DNA from: an uncultured bacterium
GTDB taxonomy: Bacteria; Verrucomicrobiota; Verrucomicrobiia; Verrucomicrobiales; DEV007
DNA length: 64,000 nt
Direction: 5' to 3'
Assembly: GCA_963977015.1 (NCBI GenBank)
Contig: CAXBMO010000003.1
Span: 32,001 to 96,000, forward strand
Every line of letters begins with the position of its first letter. Position 1 is the stretch's first letter. This document shows positions 19,133 through 28,716 of the stretch, piece after piece. A program made the translations under genes and the position numbers. The notes under the pieces are model-generated. The model made no database searches. It was not told where the DNA came from and worked only from the letters and a program-made list of their open reading frames with translations.

Positions 19133-20113
19133 ATGAGTTCTCTCCACCATTCTTTGCTGACTCTGGCGCTGCTATTCTGCGTTTCGTCTGCGCACGCGTT
19201 TGGCGGTCTTTTTCAGCGGAAGGCAGGTCCCCCGGAGAGTCTGGAAGACATCGTGCTTGCCCAAATCGTGCTTGATGAGGGGCTAATGGGACCAGGGAAA
19301 ATCGATGGCAAGCTTGGTGAATTTACCGTCATCGCCGCACGGCACTACAATGAGCAGCGGAATCTGGCAGCAGACAATTGGTTCAGAATTCTGAAGGACG
19401 CGCAGAAAAACGTAAAGCAGCCGTTCACCTCGTATGTGGTTCGTGATCGCGATCATCAGTTCGTCGGTGCGGTTCCGGCTGATCCGGCTGATCAGGAGAA
19501 ACTCGAGTATTTATCCTATCGGTCGCTGCTGGAGCTAGTCGCAGAACGTTATCACACGGATGAAAGGTTCCTTCGCAAGATTAATCCGGGTCGCAATTTG
19601 GACCGATTGCGAGTTGGGGAATCGGTAACGGTTCCCAATGTCACACCGTTCGAGATTTCGGCGATTCGGAAACATCAGCGGTTTGGAGAGAACCAGACGT
19701 TGAGCAGTCGCTACGTCATCGTGGATACGCAGATTAAGGTCGCGTTAATCTACGAGAAGAAGGGTGGGAAGCTTGTTGCGTCATTCCCGATCACTCCAGG
19801 CGTGAAGAAATTCGTTCCCTATGGCGAGTGGACCATGACCACCATGGTAACCACACCGGAATTTCGATGGGACAAGCGGATGCTGGAGGAAGGCGAGCGA
19901 GGCGATGAATTTTTTCAGCTCCCTCCCGGCCCGAATAGTCCAGTTGGTGTGATTTGGGCCGGCTTATCCAAATCGGGTATCGGATTACATGGAACCAGCA
20001 GTCCGGAGACGATTGGTCGGTCTCGAAGTGCGGGTTGCATCCGGCTCGCGAATTGGGACGCTATACGGCTTAGTTCGGTCGTTCGTCCCGGAGCGGTCGT
20101 TATCGTGAAGTAA
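19133..20113 (+). CDS. L,D-transpeptidase (YkuD/ErfK family) with PG-binding/LysM-like segments
   Basis: Signal peptide; GKIDG PG-binding-like motif; PPGPNSPVG; GIGLHGT...SAGCIRL catalytic His/Cys. Confidence 0.92.
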   Translation: MSSLHHSLLTLALLFCVSSAHAFGGLFQRKAGPPESLEDIVLAQIVLDEGLMGPGKIDGKLGEFTVIAARHYNEQRNLAADNWFRILKDAQKNVKQPFTSYVVRDRDHQFVGAVPADPADQEKLEYLSYRSLLELVAERYHTDERFLRKINPGRNLDRLRVGESVTVPNVTPFEISAIRKHQRFGENQTLSSRYVIVDTQIKVALIYEKKGGKLVASFPITPGVKKFVPYGEWTMTTMVTTPEFRWDKRMLEEGERGDEFFQLPPGPNSPVGVIWAGLSKSGIGLHGTSSPETIGRSRSAGCIRLANWDAIRLSSVVRPGAVVIVK

Positions 20114-21218
20114 TCGTCCGAATATACTTCTCACAAATTTGGTAATACGTGATCATCGAGGCGATATCGATCCATTCATCGGCTGCATGCAGGCGTCCGA
20201 CCTCCGGGCGTGAAAGCATCACCGGGGTTCCTTCCTGGCAGATAAACCTGGCGTCACTGCCGCCAGAGGCTTTGGTCAAACTGACCTTCTTACCGGTAAC
20301 CTCTTCGGTGATCTGACAGAAGAGAGGGTCAGGCGCCAGGTGGGTTGGTTCCGCGCAGATGATGGGGTCCATCGCCACTTCCATTCCCAATACCTGGCGA
20401 ACCTCAGCCAGCATTCTCTCGACGGTGTAGGGAGGTGGAAAACGAAGGTCCAACAGTGCTTCTGCTTCGCCGGGGATACGGTTGATCGCCTCGTTAGGGG
20501 TCGAAACCTTTGTCACGGCACAGGTTGGAAACCAATTCCCGTTGCTCCCATCGCCTCTGGTGTCAGCGAAGTGATCTCTCAGCCGTGCCAACCGGCTGAT
20601 GAGTTTCTCCACGGCGTTTTCCGCCAACCAAGGACGAGCCGCGTGGCCAGCCTTTCCTTCGATACTCACCCTGAGATGGATGATGCCCTTCTCATCGGTG
20701 GTCACGTCGTTCAACGAACCTCCGTCGGGAATGATCGCCCGCGCGCATTCCAAACCCACTTCCTCAAAGAGGTAACGCACCCCATTTTCTCCGCCAATCT
20801 CTTCATCGGAAGTAAGGGCAATTCCAACCGGGCAACCTGGCAGATCCCGCTGGAGTTGGCGGAAGAGCTCGATCATGATCGCGTCAGCTCCCTTCATATC
20901 ACCAGCGCCAGGCCCAATGATGCGACCGTCCTCAACTTGTCCGCGATACACGGCTACATCCGAATGTTCGATGACGTCGATATGCCCACAGAGCAATACT
21001 TGAGGTCGAGTCAGCCCCTCAGGCATGGCAACGAGTGATTGGAACCCATTGGACTCGTAGCAATCGATTCTGACATCGGGAATCGCCTCAAGATGGTTCT
21101 CAATGAACTGAAAGCAGCGTTGCCGCTCATCCGGGTGGAGATCCGTGCTTCGGATCATCATCAGATCCCGGGTCAATGCGGTGATTCGTGCCGCGAGTTG
21201 TTGGTCTTCTGTCATCAT
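20100..21218 (-). CDS. M20 family metallopeptidase/amidohydrolase (ArgE/DapE-like)
   Basis: GHIDV, GPGAGDMKG, DEEIGG, GHAARPW, SDARF and HAADEW. Confidence 0.92.
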   Translation of the reverse strand: MMTEDQQLAARITALTRDLMMIRSTDLHPDERQRCFQFIENHLEAIPDVRIDCYESNGFQSLVAMPEGLTRPQVLLCGHIDVIEHSDVAVYRGQVEDGRIIGPGAGDMKGADAIMIELFRQLQRDLPGCPVGIALTSDEEIGGENGVRYLFEEVGLECARAIIPDGGSLNDVTTDEKGIIHLRVSIEGKAGHAARPWLAENAVEKLISRLARLRDHFADTRGDGSNGNWFPTCAVTKVSTPNEAINRIPGEAEALLDLRFPPPYTVERMLAEVRQVLGMEVAMDPIICAEPTHLAPDPLFCQITEEVTGKKVSLTKASGGSDARFICQEGTPVMLSRPEVGRLHAADEWIDIASMITYYQICEKYIRTITSR

Positions 21219-22613
21219 CTAATCACGATCGGCCTGCCATTCGACCGGGAGCATTTGTTCGGCTTTCTCCAGAAGATTCCAACAAACCTCGTGGCTGGGG
21301 GCAAGGCAAAGAAATTGACCTTTATGAACCTGTTCATCACTTCCGAAATTGAAATTGATCGGCAAAATTCCAACCTCATCGCCTTTCTGAAACAGTAGTC
21401 CCGCTTCCTGTAATATGATCAGGAGTTCAGCGCCTCCCATGGGTTGTTTCAATCGGAGATTCTGCATCAGCCAATGCCCATCAGGGGTGAAATGACGGGC
21501 CAACAAACACGGGTAGGTGGCTCCCGTAACTCGCGCATTGATTTCGCAGACGTAGACATCGGGTAATGAAGAATCATCGCGTTCTACGAAAAGAAAGTCA
21601 GTGCTCGCCGTTCCGCGGTATCCCTGATCATGAAGCCATTGTCCCGCGAGGGTCGCTTGTCGGAACAGTTCCTCCCGAGCGCCGGCGATTCGGGAAAGGT
21701 AAGGTGGAGGCGAAACGTTACCCTCATGGACACTGTCCCGACTGAGGATTTGTTCTGTGATGTCGAAGAGCCAGACACTCTTCTCATCCAGAAACATCTG
21801 CACACTGGGACTCTTGATCGCCTGAATGCCGGGTCTGTCCGGGCTGAGCCATCCTTGAACCATGACCGGTCCTTCATAAAACAGGTGCTCGGGAATATCG
21901 ATGAGGCGCGCTTCGTCAAACGTCCCAATCTTTTTGACTCGAAGGATCCCAATTCCTGAGGCTCCGATCTGGGATTTGAGAACGACTTCATCAAACCCTG
22001 CCTGGCTGAGTTCCGCCATACACGATAATATCTCTGTCTTGTGGTTGGCAAGGCAGGTGGGTGGAGTGGGAAGGGTTTGGGACTCGAGAAACTGGTGGAG
22101 AAGAAGCTTATTGTTCCCCTTCCAGCAGCCTTCCTGAGTGGTGACCGTCTTTTTGCCGAGGGAGGTGGCGATTCCCGTCAGAGTTCCGTCGGTGACGTAT
22201 CCGTCGATCCAGTAGGCTCCGTGGTCTGCGATGGTTGAGAGCCGGTCCTGAACCAACGACGTTTCGTTCTGCGCAAGTGCCTCGCCAACCAAACGGTAAT
22301 TGTCGGGGGACATGATTTCCGTCCTGGGCAGGCTCAGGCCCAACTCTTGCTCGAAATATTGATTCAGGACACCTGCGGAATGCCGCTCGAGAACCAAGAG
22401 GTTGTTCTTGCCTCGAAATAGCAGATTGAGAATGGGAACCAGTCGACCTCCGTAGGAATCAACTTCACCGACAATTTCCTCCAATTCGTTGGTCTCCTTT
22501 TCATTCCCAAAGAAGAGCTCCAGCAAATTCGCGAAGAAAATAACGTCACCTTCCCAGAACTGCGGAAGCTTCCCTTTCGTGTCAATCACTGGCGCGGACA
22601 AGGTGTTAGTCAT
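21219..22613 (-). CDS. ATP-grasp amide/peptide ligase (preATP-grasp + ATP-grasp, PGM1-like C-terminus)
   Basis: NNKLLLHQFL..LPTPP, VVLKSQIGASGIG, SPSVQ, GYRGTASTDF and CEINARVTGATYP (ExNxR). Confidence 0.8.
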   Translation of the reverse strand: MTNTLSAPVIDTKGKLPQFWEGDVIFFANLLELFFGNEKETNELEEIVGEVDSYGGRLVPILNLLFRGKNNLLVLERHSAGVLNQYFEQELGLSLPRTEIMSPDNYRLVGEALAQNETSLVQDRLSTIADHGAYWIDGYVTDGTLTGIATSLGKKTVTTQEGCWKGNNKLLLHQFLESQTLPTPPTCLANHKTEILSCMAELSQAGFDEVVLKSQIGASGIGILRVKKIGTFDEARLIDIPEHLFYEGPVMVQGWLSPDRPGIQAIKSPSVQMFLDEKSVWLFDITEQILSRDSVHEGNVSPPPYLSRIAGAREELFRQATLAGQWLHDQGYRGTASTDFLFVERDDSSLPDVYVCEINARVTGATYPCLLARHFTPDGHWLMQNLRLKQPMGGAELLIILQEAGLLFQKGDEVGILPINFNFGSDEQVHKGQFLCLAPSHEVCWNLLEKAEQMLPVEWQADRD

Positions 22614-22658
22614 GACGACAGACCATTTGCCTTAAACTCAGGGCGGTTGGGTGTTGGT

Positions 22659-23042
22659 TCAACCTTGTTTCGCGATGTCTCGGGCTCGAGGCCATTCTCC
22701 GCCAACATCCGGCAATTCCCTGGTCTCGAGTAGGTAGTGATACATGATCACGCCTTCCTGATCGGCGAAGGGCGGTTCGAGCGATGCGGTTGCCCTTTTG
22801 TAAAGTCCTTCGTCAATTCCCTCCAATTCGTCGATCAACGTCAGGCAGTCATCGCTGACGCGCCAAAGTTCTCCCTTAATGGAGTAGCCTCCGGAATCAA
22901 CAATTGCCGCGGGGTAGCCGCCGTAATCGAACATTCGGTATCCGGGCTTGGTTTGCGCGTTACCGACCCATTCAGCGTTTGCGAGATAGAAATGATTCGA
23001 AAACCCGCGTTTCAAACTGCCATAAACGAAAAGCAGGTTCAT
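22659..23042 (-). CDS. Gamma-glutamylcyclotransferase (AIG2-like/GGACT)
   Basis: LFVYGSLKRGFSNH, YPA, GELW and DELEG...YKR. Confidence 0.92.
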   Translation of the reverse strand: MNLLFVYGSLKRGFSNHFYLANAEWVGNAQTKPGYRMFDYGGYPAAIVDSGGYSIKGELWRVSDDCLTLIDELEGIDEGLYKRATASLEPPFADQEGVIMYHYLLETRELPDVGGEWPRARDIAKQG

Positions 23043-23064
23043 TGCTTACTAGGAATAAGAAAAA

Positions 23065-23146
23065 TACCGGCGGTCGGGATCGAACCGACACTCCCGAAGG
23101 AACGCGATTTTGAATCGCGCGCGTCTACCAATTCCGCCACACCGGC
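23065..23146 (-). tRNA. tRNA-Leu (CAA)
   Basis: Minus strand reads GCCGGTGTGGCGGAATTGGTAGACGCGCGCGATTCAAAATCGCG...GGTTCGATCCCGACCGCCGGTA; anticodon CAA; long variable arm; CCA not encoded. Confidence 0.97.
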
Positions 23147-23167
23147 TTTGGGAAAAATTGGGTCGGA

Positions 23168-23196
23168 ATCCTAGGCTTCTCATGTCCGAGGCGCAA
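23168..23196 (-). promoter_or_regulatory. Putative sigma70 promoter of tRNA-Leu
   Basis: Minus strand TTGCGC-N17-TAGGAT, ending 21 nt before the tRNA 5' end. Confidence 0.6.
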
Positions 23197-23213
23197 GCCT
23201 TTTTAGGCCCAAG

Positions 23214-23717
23214 TCATCTGGAATCTTTGAGCGCTACCGGCTTGTCGAGAATCTCCTTGAGCAAAATCGCATTTCGCAAAGAAGCTGAATCGGAAAGCAA
23301 CAGGCGAAGCGAGCGGTGCGAACGCTGTTTTGGCGCCTCGGGTGCGTAATGATCAACCTGGGTTTTGATTCGCTCCAGTGCTTCAATCTCTTCCTTGCTC
23401 AGGGCAGGGGCTTCAACGGGTTTCTCTACCGGAATTGCCCGAACGGCCTGAACTGGGGGAGGTGGCGGCTCTGCTGGTTTCCCGGCCAATTGTTCGAGGA
23501 ACCGTCGCAAATCCTCCGCTCCCTCTGGTTCCTTGGACCGGGCTTCGCCAGGAATGGGAGGCGGCCCGCTGTCCTCCATTTGGTCGGGCTCATACTCAAA
23601 TTCTTCCTCTTCCTGAGTGCGACCCCGTTCCGTGAAGAACCAACGGAAAAAGGCGATGAAGATCATCGCAATGATGACCCAGTAGTCGCCGAGATCCGCT
23701 AATAACGCCGGAAGCAT
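23214..23717 (-). CDS. Single-TM Pro/Glu-rich protein, YqfB-like partner of FloA
   Basis: N-terminal TM segment; C-terminal LRNAILLKEILDKPVALK motif typical of genes downstream of floA/yqfA. Confidence 0.75.
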   Translation of the reverse strand: MLPALLADLGDYWVIIAMIFIAFFRWFFTERGRTQEEEEFEYEPDQMEDSGPPPIPGEARSKEPEGAEDLRRFLEQLAGKPAEPPPPPVQAVRAIPVEKPVEAPALSKEEIEALERIKTQVDHYAPEAPKQRSHRSLRLLLSDSASLRNAILLKEILDKPVALKDSR

Positions 23718-23730
23718 TGGATGGATTTAG

Positions 23731-24786
23731 TTAAGAGGGCTCAGTGGGCTTTGAATCACCCTTGTGTCCAGCGATGCTGTCACGCATTTCGGTATCCGCT
23801 TCGATATTCTTGTATTTGACGTAGTCCATCACGCCAAGATTTCCATTCCGGAAGGCCTCGGCAATGGCCAGAGGAATCTGGGCTTCGGCCTCAACGACGC
23901 GGGCCTGCATCTCCTGGGTTTTTGCCTCCATTTCCTGTTCGCTGGCGACTGCCGCCGCACGACGAACTTCCGCCTTGGCCTGGGCAATCTGCTTGTCCGC
24001 CTCGGCTTGCTTGGCCTGAAGGCGAGCACCGATGTTCTCCCCGACATCCACATCAGCGATATCAATCGATAAAATTTCAAACGCGGTATTGGCATCAAGA
24101 CCCCGGGCAAGAACCATCTTTGAGATCGCATCGGGATTCTCCAGCACCTCTTTGTAGCTTTTGGAGGAACCGATCGAAGAAACGATGCCTTCTCCAACCC
24201 GGGCAATAATGGTTTCCTCCGTTGCGCCACCCACGAAGCGATCGAGAGCGGTCCGGACCGTGACCCGGGCACGCGCCTTGACGGCAATTCCATCGGCGGC
24301 AACCCCATCGATGGTGATTCGAGCTCCGGAGCTCTGGGGGGGCACATCGATCACTGCTGGGTTGATGCTGGTGCGAACAGCTTCGAGAACGGTCTTGCGG
24401 GTTCCTTTGACCGCGAGGTCGATCGCGCAAGCTCTGTCAAAATTGAGCCCCAATCCGGCTTTGTCAGCGGCAATCATCGCCAGCACAACATGGTCGATTT
24501 GGCCTCCGGAAAGATAGTGTGCCTCCAACTGATCCGTTGAGAAATTCAGGCCGGCTTTGCTCGCTGTAATCCGGCTATCAACCACCAGGGCGACCGGCAC
24601 CCTTCGCAACCACATTCCAACGAGTTTGAAAATGCTGACCGGAGCGTTCGATACAAGTGCCCGGAGCCAGATGTTAAAGAACTTCAGGAAGATGAAGAAA
24701 AAAACGATCGCCAGAAGAACGAGAATGGCGCCAACAACGAAGGCAGCGGAATCGCCACCGGGAAGGTTTTGCAGAAGATCCTCCAT
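23731..24786 (-). CDS. floA: Flotillin-like protein FloA (YqfA/UPF0365)
   Basis: [60 protein letters not shown] and GNLGVMDY. Confidence 0.93.
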   Translation of the reverse strand: MEDLLQNLPGGDSAAFVVGAILVLLAIVFFFIFLKFFNIWLRALVSNAPVSIFKLVGMWLRRVPVALVVDSRITASKAGLNFSTDQLEAHYLSGGQIDHVVLAMIAADKAGLGLNFDRACAIDLAVKGTRKTVLEAVRTSINPAVIDVPPQSSGARITIDGVAADGIAVKARARVTVRTALDRFVGGATEETIIARVGEGIVSSIGSSKSYKEVLENPDAISKMVLARGLDANTAFEILSIDIADVDVGENIGARLQAKQAEADKQIAQAKAEVRRAAAVASEQEMEAKTQEMQARVVEAEAQIPLAIAEAFRNGNLGVMDYVKYKNIEADTEMRDSIAGHKGDSKPTEPS

Positions 24787-24879
24787 AATTTATGCGTATT
24801 TGGGTTTTTGAAGTGCCTAAGTGAACTAAGACACTAGCATTCTTCCTGTCGTGTAATGCCTGCTTGGTGTCAAGGTGTG

Positions 24880-25353
24880 TTAGGACGCTTTCGGGCGAAC
24901 AATAACGCTGATTCCATCAACTTTGACGACCTCGACGTCAATCCCGGCTTCAATCGAACCTATTTGGGCGACTACATCGTGTTTTTCACCGTCAATCACA
25001 GCTTTTCCGGATGGAAGCAAAGCGGTGGTTGCCACGCCCGTTTTGCCCACCAGTTTCGCCAGTTCCGCGAGGTGCTCATCATTTCCTACTTCAGAGCTCA
25101 GCGTCACCTGCCTGCCAAAGATTGACCTTCTAAAAGTTCGCATCCAATACCAGAGCATCAGGATCACCACCAGTACTGCGATCAGTGCGACGAGGCTACC
25201 GGCGCGAAACCCAAATTCACCGAATACCAGCAGAACGCCCACCGAGATGATGACGCCGCCGATCAGTCCCATGATTCCGCCCGGCAGGTAGAACTCGAGC
25301 CAAAGAAAGGTTAGCCCGAACACGAAGACCGCAACGATGACCCAGATATCCAT
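24880..25353 (-). CDS. Short NfeD family protein
   Basis: Three to four TM segments (LEFYLPGG) followed by an OB-fold: LVGKTGVATTALLPSGKAVIDG. Confidence 0.9.
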   Translation of the reverse strand: MDIWVIVAVFVFGLTFLWLEFYLPGGIMGLIGGVIISVGVLLVFGEFGFRAGSLVALIAVLVVILMLWYWMRTFRRSIFGRQVTLSSEVGNDEHLAELAKLVGKTGVATTALLPSGKAVIDGEKHDVVAQIGSIEAGIDVEVVKVDGISVIVRPKAS

Positions 25354-25395
25354 TTGGACTAGTAGGCTGTTCTGGCGATGGGAACAATCCTAATC

Positions 25396-28300
25396 TCAGG
25401 CACCGCGTCCGCAGCACTGCTTAAACTTCTTGCCGCTTCCACAAGGACAGGCCTCGTTTCGGCCAACTTTGGGTTGTTCACGACGGACTGGTAAACTGAT
25501 TTTTGGTCCCTCGGGCTCTGAGCCGCCCCCGGAAGTCATCACCTGACCAGCACTTGCGGCTTTACTTGGCTGCTGCTGATCACCGAAGAGGTCTGCAAGT
25601 TCAGCCTTCAGGTTGCTGGCAGGCTGGGTTGGAACTCGAATGGTTCGGAAGGCAAAGAGGTTGCCGAGAGCTTCGAACTTGATGTTATCCATCAAGTCAA
25701 CAAAGAGGTTGTAGCCCTCCTTTTTGTATTCCACGAGTGGATCCTTCTGGCCTTGTGCCCGCCATCCGATCGCCTCGCGGAGACCGTCCATGGCGTAGAG
25801 GTGATCTCTCCAAAGGTTATCGATGGCCGAAAGAATGATGAAACGCTCAAGCTCATCAGCATGCTCAGGGTCCTCGTGAGACATCTTCCGGTCATAGGCC
25901 TCGCGAATACGCTCGATGATGAACATCTCCACGCCCTCGTCTGACTTGCTTTCGAAATCGGCGTCTTTCTCGCTGATCATGAGCGGGAAGGTGGAATTGA
26001 GCCAATGAAGAAGACCGGCTGTGTCGCGCTCCGGGCCGTCCGCTTCGAGATGCAGAAACTCGCTGACCTTCGCGGGAACGCATTCCTCAATCAACTCCAT
26101 GATGAGTGCTCTAGGATCCTCTGTCTGGAGAACCTCATTGCGGTAGCCGTAAATGACTTCCCGCTGTTGGTTCATCACATCGTCATACTGAAGAACCCAT
26201 TTGCGGCGAATGTAGTTTCGTTCCTCGACCTTCTTCTGTGCCATCTCGATGGTTTTCGTCAATAGGCCGCCTTCCAATTCCTGACCTTCTTCCAGCCCCA
26301 TCCGGTCCATCAACTTGGTCATCCGTTCAGATGCTCCATACTGACGCATCAGATCATCTTCAAAACTGACGAAGAAGATCGACTGTCCAGGGTCGCCCTG
26401 ACGTCCGGAACGACCTCGCAGCTGGCGGTCAATTCTTCGCGAAGGGTGGCGTTCGGTTCCGATCACGCGCAAGCCGCCAAGATCGGTAACGCCTTCGCCC
26501 AGTTTGATATCAGTTCCTCGACCCGCCATGTTCGTGGCAACCGTGACGGACCCTTTCTTACCGGCGCTTTGCACGATTTCGGCTTCCTGACGGTGATGTT
26601 TCGCGTTCAGGACGCTGTGAGGGATTTTGTCACGTTTCAGCATCTTGGAGAGAACCTCCGATGAACGCTCGCTCGCGGTTCCGAGTAGCAATGGTTGCCC
26701 CTTGTCGTGGGTCTCCTTCACCATATCCACGACCGCCGCCAGTTTTTCGCGTTGCGTCTTGTAAACGCGATCGTTGAGGTCTTCGCGGGCGATGGGTTTG
26801 TTCGTCGGCATGACCATCACGTCACACTTGTAAATATCCTGAAACTCAGCAGCTTCGGTCTCGGCCGTTCCCGTCATTCCAGCCATCTTTTCATACATCC
26901 GGAAGTAGTTCTGGATCGTGATGGTCGCCAGAGTCTGGGTTTCCTGGTCGATCTTGACGCCTTCCTTGGCCTCGACGGCTTGATGCAGTCCATCGCTCCA
27001 CCGGCGTCCCGGCATGGGGCGCCCGGTATTTTCGTCCAGAATCACAACTTTGTTGTCCGTCACCATGTAGTGGACGTCTTTCTCGAACAGGCAATAGGCC
27101 TTCAGAAGTTGACTGATCGAGTGCATTCTCTGAGCCTGGGAGTCCGCTTGCTCTTGGATCTCTTGCTTCTTTTTCTCGCGGTCGGCATCACTGAGAGAGG
27201 TGTCACCATCCATCTCGCTAAAAACCGTGGCGATGTCGTGAAGGACGAAGGCGTCTGGGTCGTCTGGATTGAGAAACTCGCGGCCTTTCTCGGTCAAATC
27301 GGCATCGTTCTGCTTCTCGTCGATGTTGAAGAACAACTCTTCTTTGAGGGCGAAAAGTTGGGCTTTTTGGGTGTCCTGATAGAACGAAAGTTCGGCCTTG
27401 TCGGTCGCGCGCCTCACTTCCGGGTCTTCCAGCATCCGCATGAGTTGGCGATGCCGGGGTTGCCCCAGTTTGACCCGGAAAAGGTTCATGCCAACTTCCT
27501 CCAAATCGCCTTCATCGAGCGCCTTTTTCGCGTCATTGGCGAATTTATTGCAAAGGGCGATCTGTTTTTTGACCAGTTGGTTAACGATGCCTTTGAACCG
27601 GTCAAACTGATGCGTTGAAGAGGCGACCGGACCGCTGATAATCAGTGGAGTGCGGGCTTCGTCAATCAGAATGGAGTCAACCTCATCAATCAACGCATAA
27701 TAGTGGCTTCGCTGGACTTGGTTTTCGACCGTTGTCGCCATTCCGTTGTCGCGAAGGTAGTCAAACCCAAACTCACTCGCCGTCCCATAGGTGATATCCG
27801 TTTGGTACTGCTCGCGCCTGACCGAGGGATCCTGATTGTTCTGAATGCAACCAACAGACAGGCCGAGCCAACGGAAAAGTTCCCCCATCCATTCACTATC
27901 CCGTCTCGCCAGATAGTCGTTCACGGTCACGACGTGGACACCCAGGCCGGTGAGAGCATTCAGATATACCGGGATGGTCGCGACAAGGGTTTTTCCCTCA
28001 CCCGTTGCCATCTCGGTGATGATTCCGCGGTGAAGGGCAATTCCACCGATCAACTGGACATCGAAGTGAACCATTTCCCAAGTGATCGGCAAATCGCAGA
28101 CATCCCAGGTTTTGCCGCACATCCGTCGCGACGCGTTTTTGACGACCGCGAAGGCTTCGGGAAGAATTTCGTCCAAATACTCGGCCCGTTTGTCGGGGAA
28201 CTCTTCGCGCAGTTCATCATAAAGTTTTTGGGAGTCGAGGATGGCTTCGATTTGAGACTCCTTGTTCCCGCTTTCTCCCTCAGTCTCCATTCGTCCGGCT

Positions 28301-28602
28301 AGATCGGCCGCTTTCGGAAACTCCTTGCTGAGCCCTCCCAACCGCTTCTGCCAGGACTTGATCAAATCGAGCCGCACCTCCTCCTCCATCGCCTCAATGT
28401 TGCGAGTCGCGAAGTATTCGACATCCTCTTCGTAGCGGGAGAGGTGTGCTTTCCATGCTGCCGTTTTCTCCTTGAGAACTTCTTCGGGTTCTTCCTGGAG
28501 TCGTTCTTCGATCGTGTTGATCTCCTGAACAATTGGCCACATCTGGCGCAATCGGCGCTGATTTTGATTACCGACGATTTTTTTGAAAACCCACTGGAGC
28601 AT
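25396..28602 (-). CDS. secA: Preprotein translocase subunit SecA (canonical)
   Basis: All motor motifs, HSD/HWD, two-helix finger (LREAIGWRAQGQKDPLVEYKKEG) and C-terminal SEC-C motif CPCGSGKKFKQCC. Confidence 0.98.
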   Translation of the reverse strand: MLQWVFKKIVGNQNQRRLRQMWPIVQEINTIEERLQEEPEEVLKEKTAAWKAHLSRYEEDVEYFATRNIEAMEEEVRLDLIKSWQKRLGGLSKEFPKAADLAGRMETEGESGNKESQIEAILDSQKLYDELREEFPDKRAEYLDEILPEAFAVVKNASRRMCGKTWDVCDLPITWEMVHFDVQLIGGIALHRGIITEMATGEGKTLVATIPVYLNALTGLGVHVVTVNDYLARRDSEWMGELFRWLGLSVGCIQNNQDPSVRREQYQTDITYGTASEFGFDYLRDNGMATTVENQVQRSHYYALIDEVDSILIDEARTPLIISGPVASSTHQFDRFKGIVNQLVKKQIALCNKFANDAKKALDEGDLEEVGMNLFRVKLGQPRHRQLMRMLEDPEVRRATDKAELSFYQDTQKAQLFALKEELFFNIDEKQNDADLTEKGREFLNPDDPDAFVLHDIATVFSEMDGDTSLSDADREKKKQEIQEQADSQAQRMHSISQLLKAYCLFEKDVHYMVTDNKVVILDENTGRPMPGRRWSDGLHQAVEAKEGVKIDQETQTLATITIQNYFRMYEKMAGMTGTAETEAAEFQDIYKCDVMVMPTNKPIAREDLNDRVYKTQREKLAAVVDMVKETHDKGQPLLLGTASERSSEVLSKMLKRDKIPHSVLNAKHHRQEAEIVQSAGKKGSVTVATNMAGRGTDIKLGEGVTDLGGLRVIGTERHPSRRIDRQLRGRSGRQGDPGQSIFFVSFEDDLMRQYGASERMTKLMDRMGLEEGQELEGGLLTKTIEMAQKKVEERNYIRRKWVLQYDDVMNQQREVIYGYRNEVLQTEDPRALIMELIEECVPAKVSEFLHLEADGPERDTAGLLHWLNSTFPLMISEKDADFESKSDEGVEMFIIERIREAYDRKMSHEDPEHADELERFIILSAIDNLWRDHLYAMDGLREAIGWRAQGQKDPLVEYKKEGYNLFVDLMDNIKFEALGNLFAFRTIRVPTQPASNLKAELADLFGDQQQPSKAASAGQVMTSGGGSEPEGPKISLPVRREQPKVGRNEACPCGSGKKFKQCCGRGA

Positions 28603-28716
28603 GACGGAACTGAAATAATTTAAGGGTCGCTGGCCTTAGGCAAACGACAAGAGGGGCACAATGATGCCCAGAGGCATCGGTGACGCAAGAAGAGGAGCGA
28701 TGAAAACGATCAAATG

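Noticed and set aside
19133-20113. L,D-transpeptidase as a third component of the secA2-MFP operon
   Set aside because: A 76-nt gap with its own promoter-like TTGCTG-N16-TATAGT. A link is possible but unsupported.
20100-23146. Possible genomic island integrated at the tRNA-Leu 3' end
   Set aside because: No integrase, no duplicated tRNA 3' end (att site) seen, and no clear compositional break.
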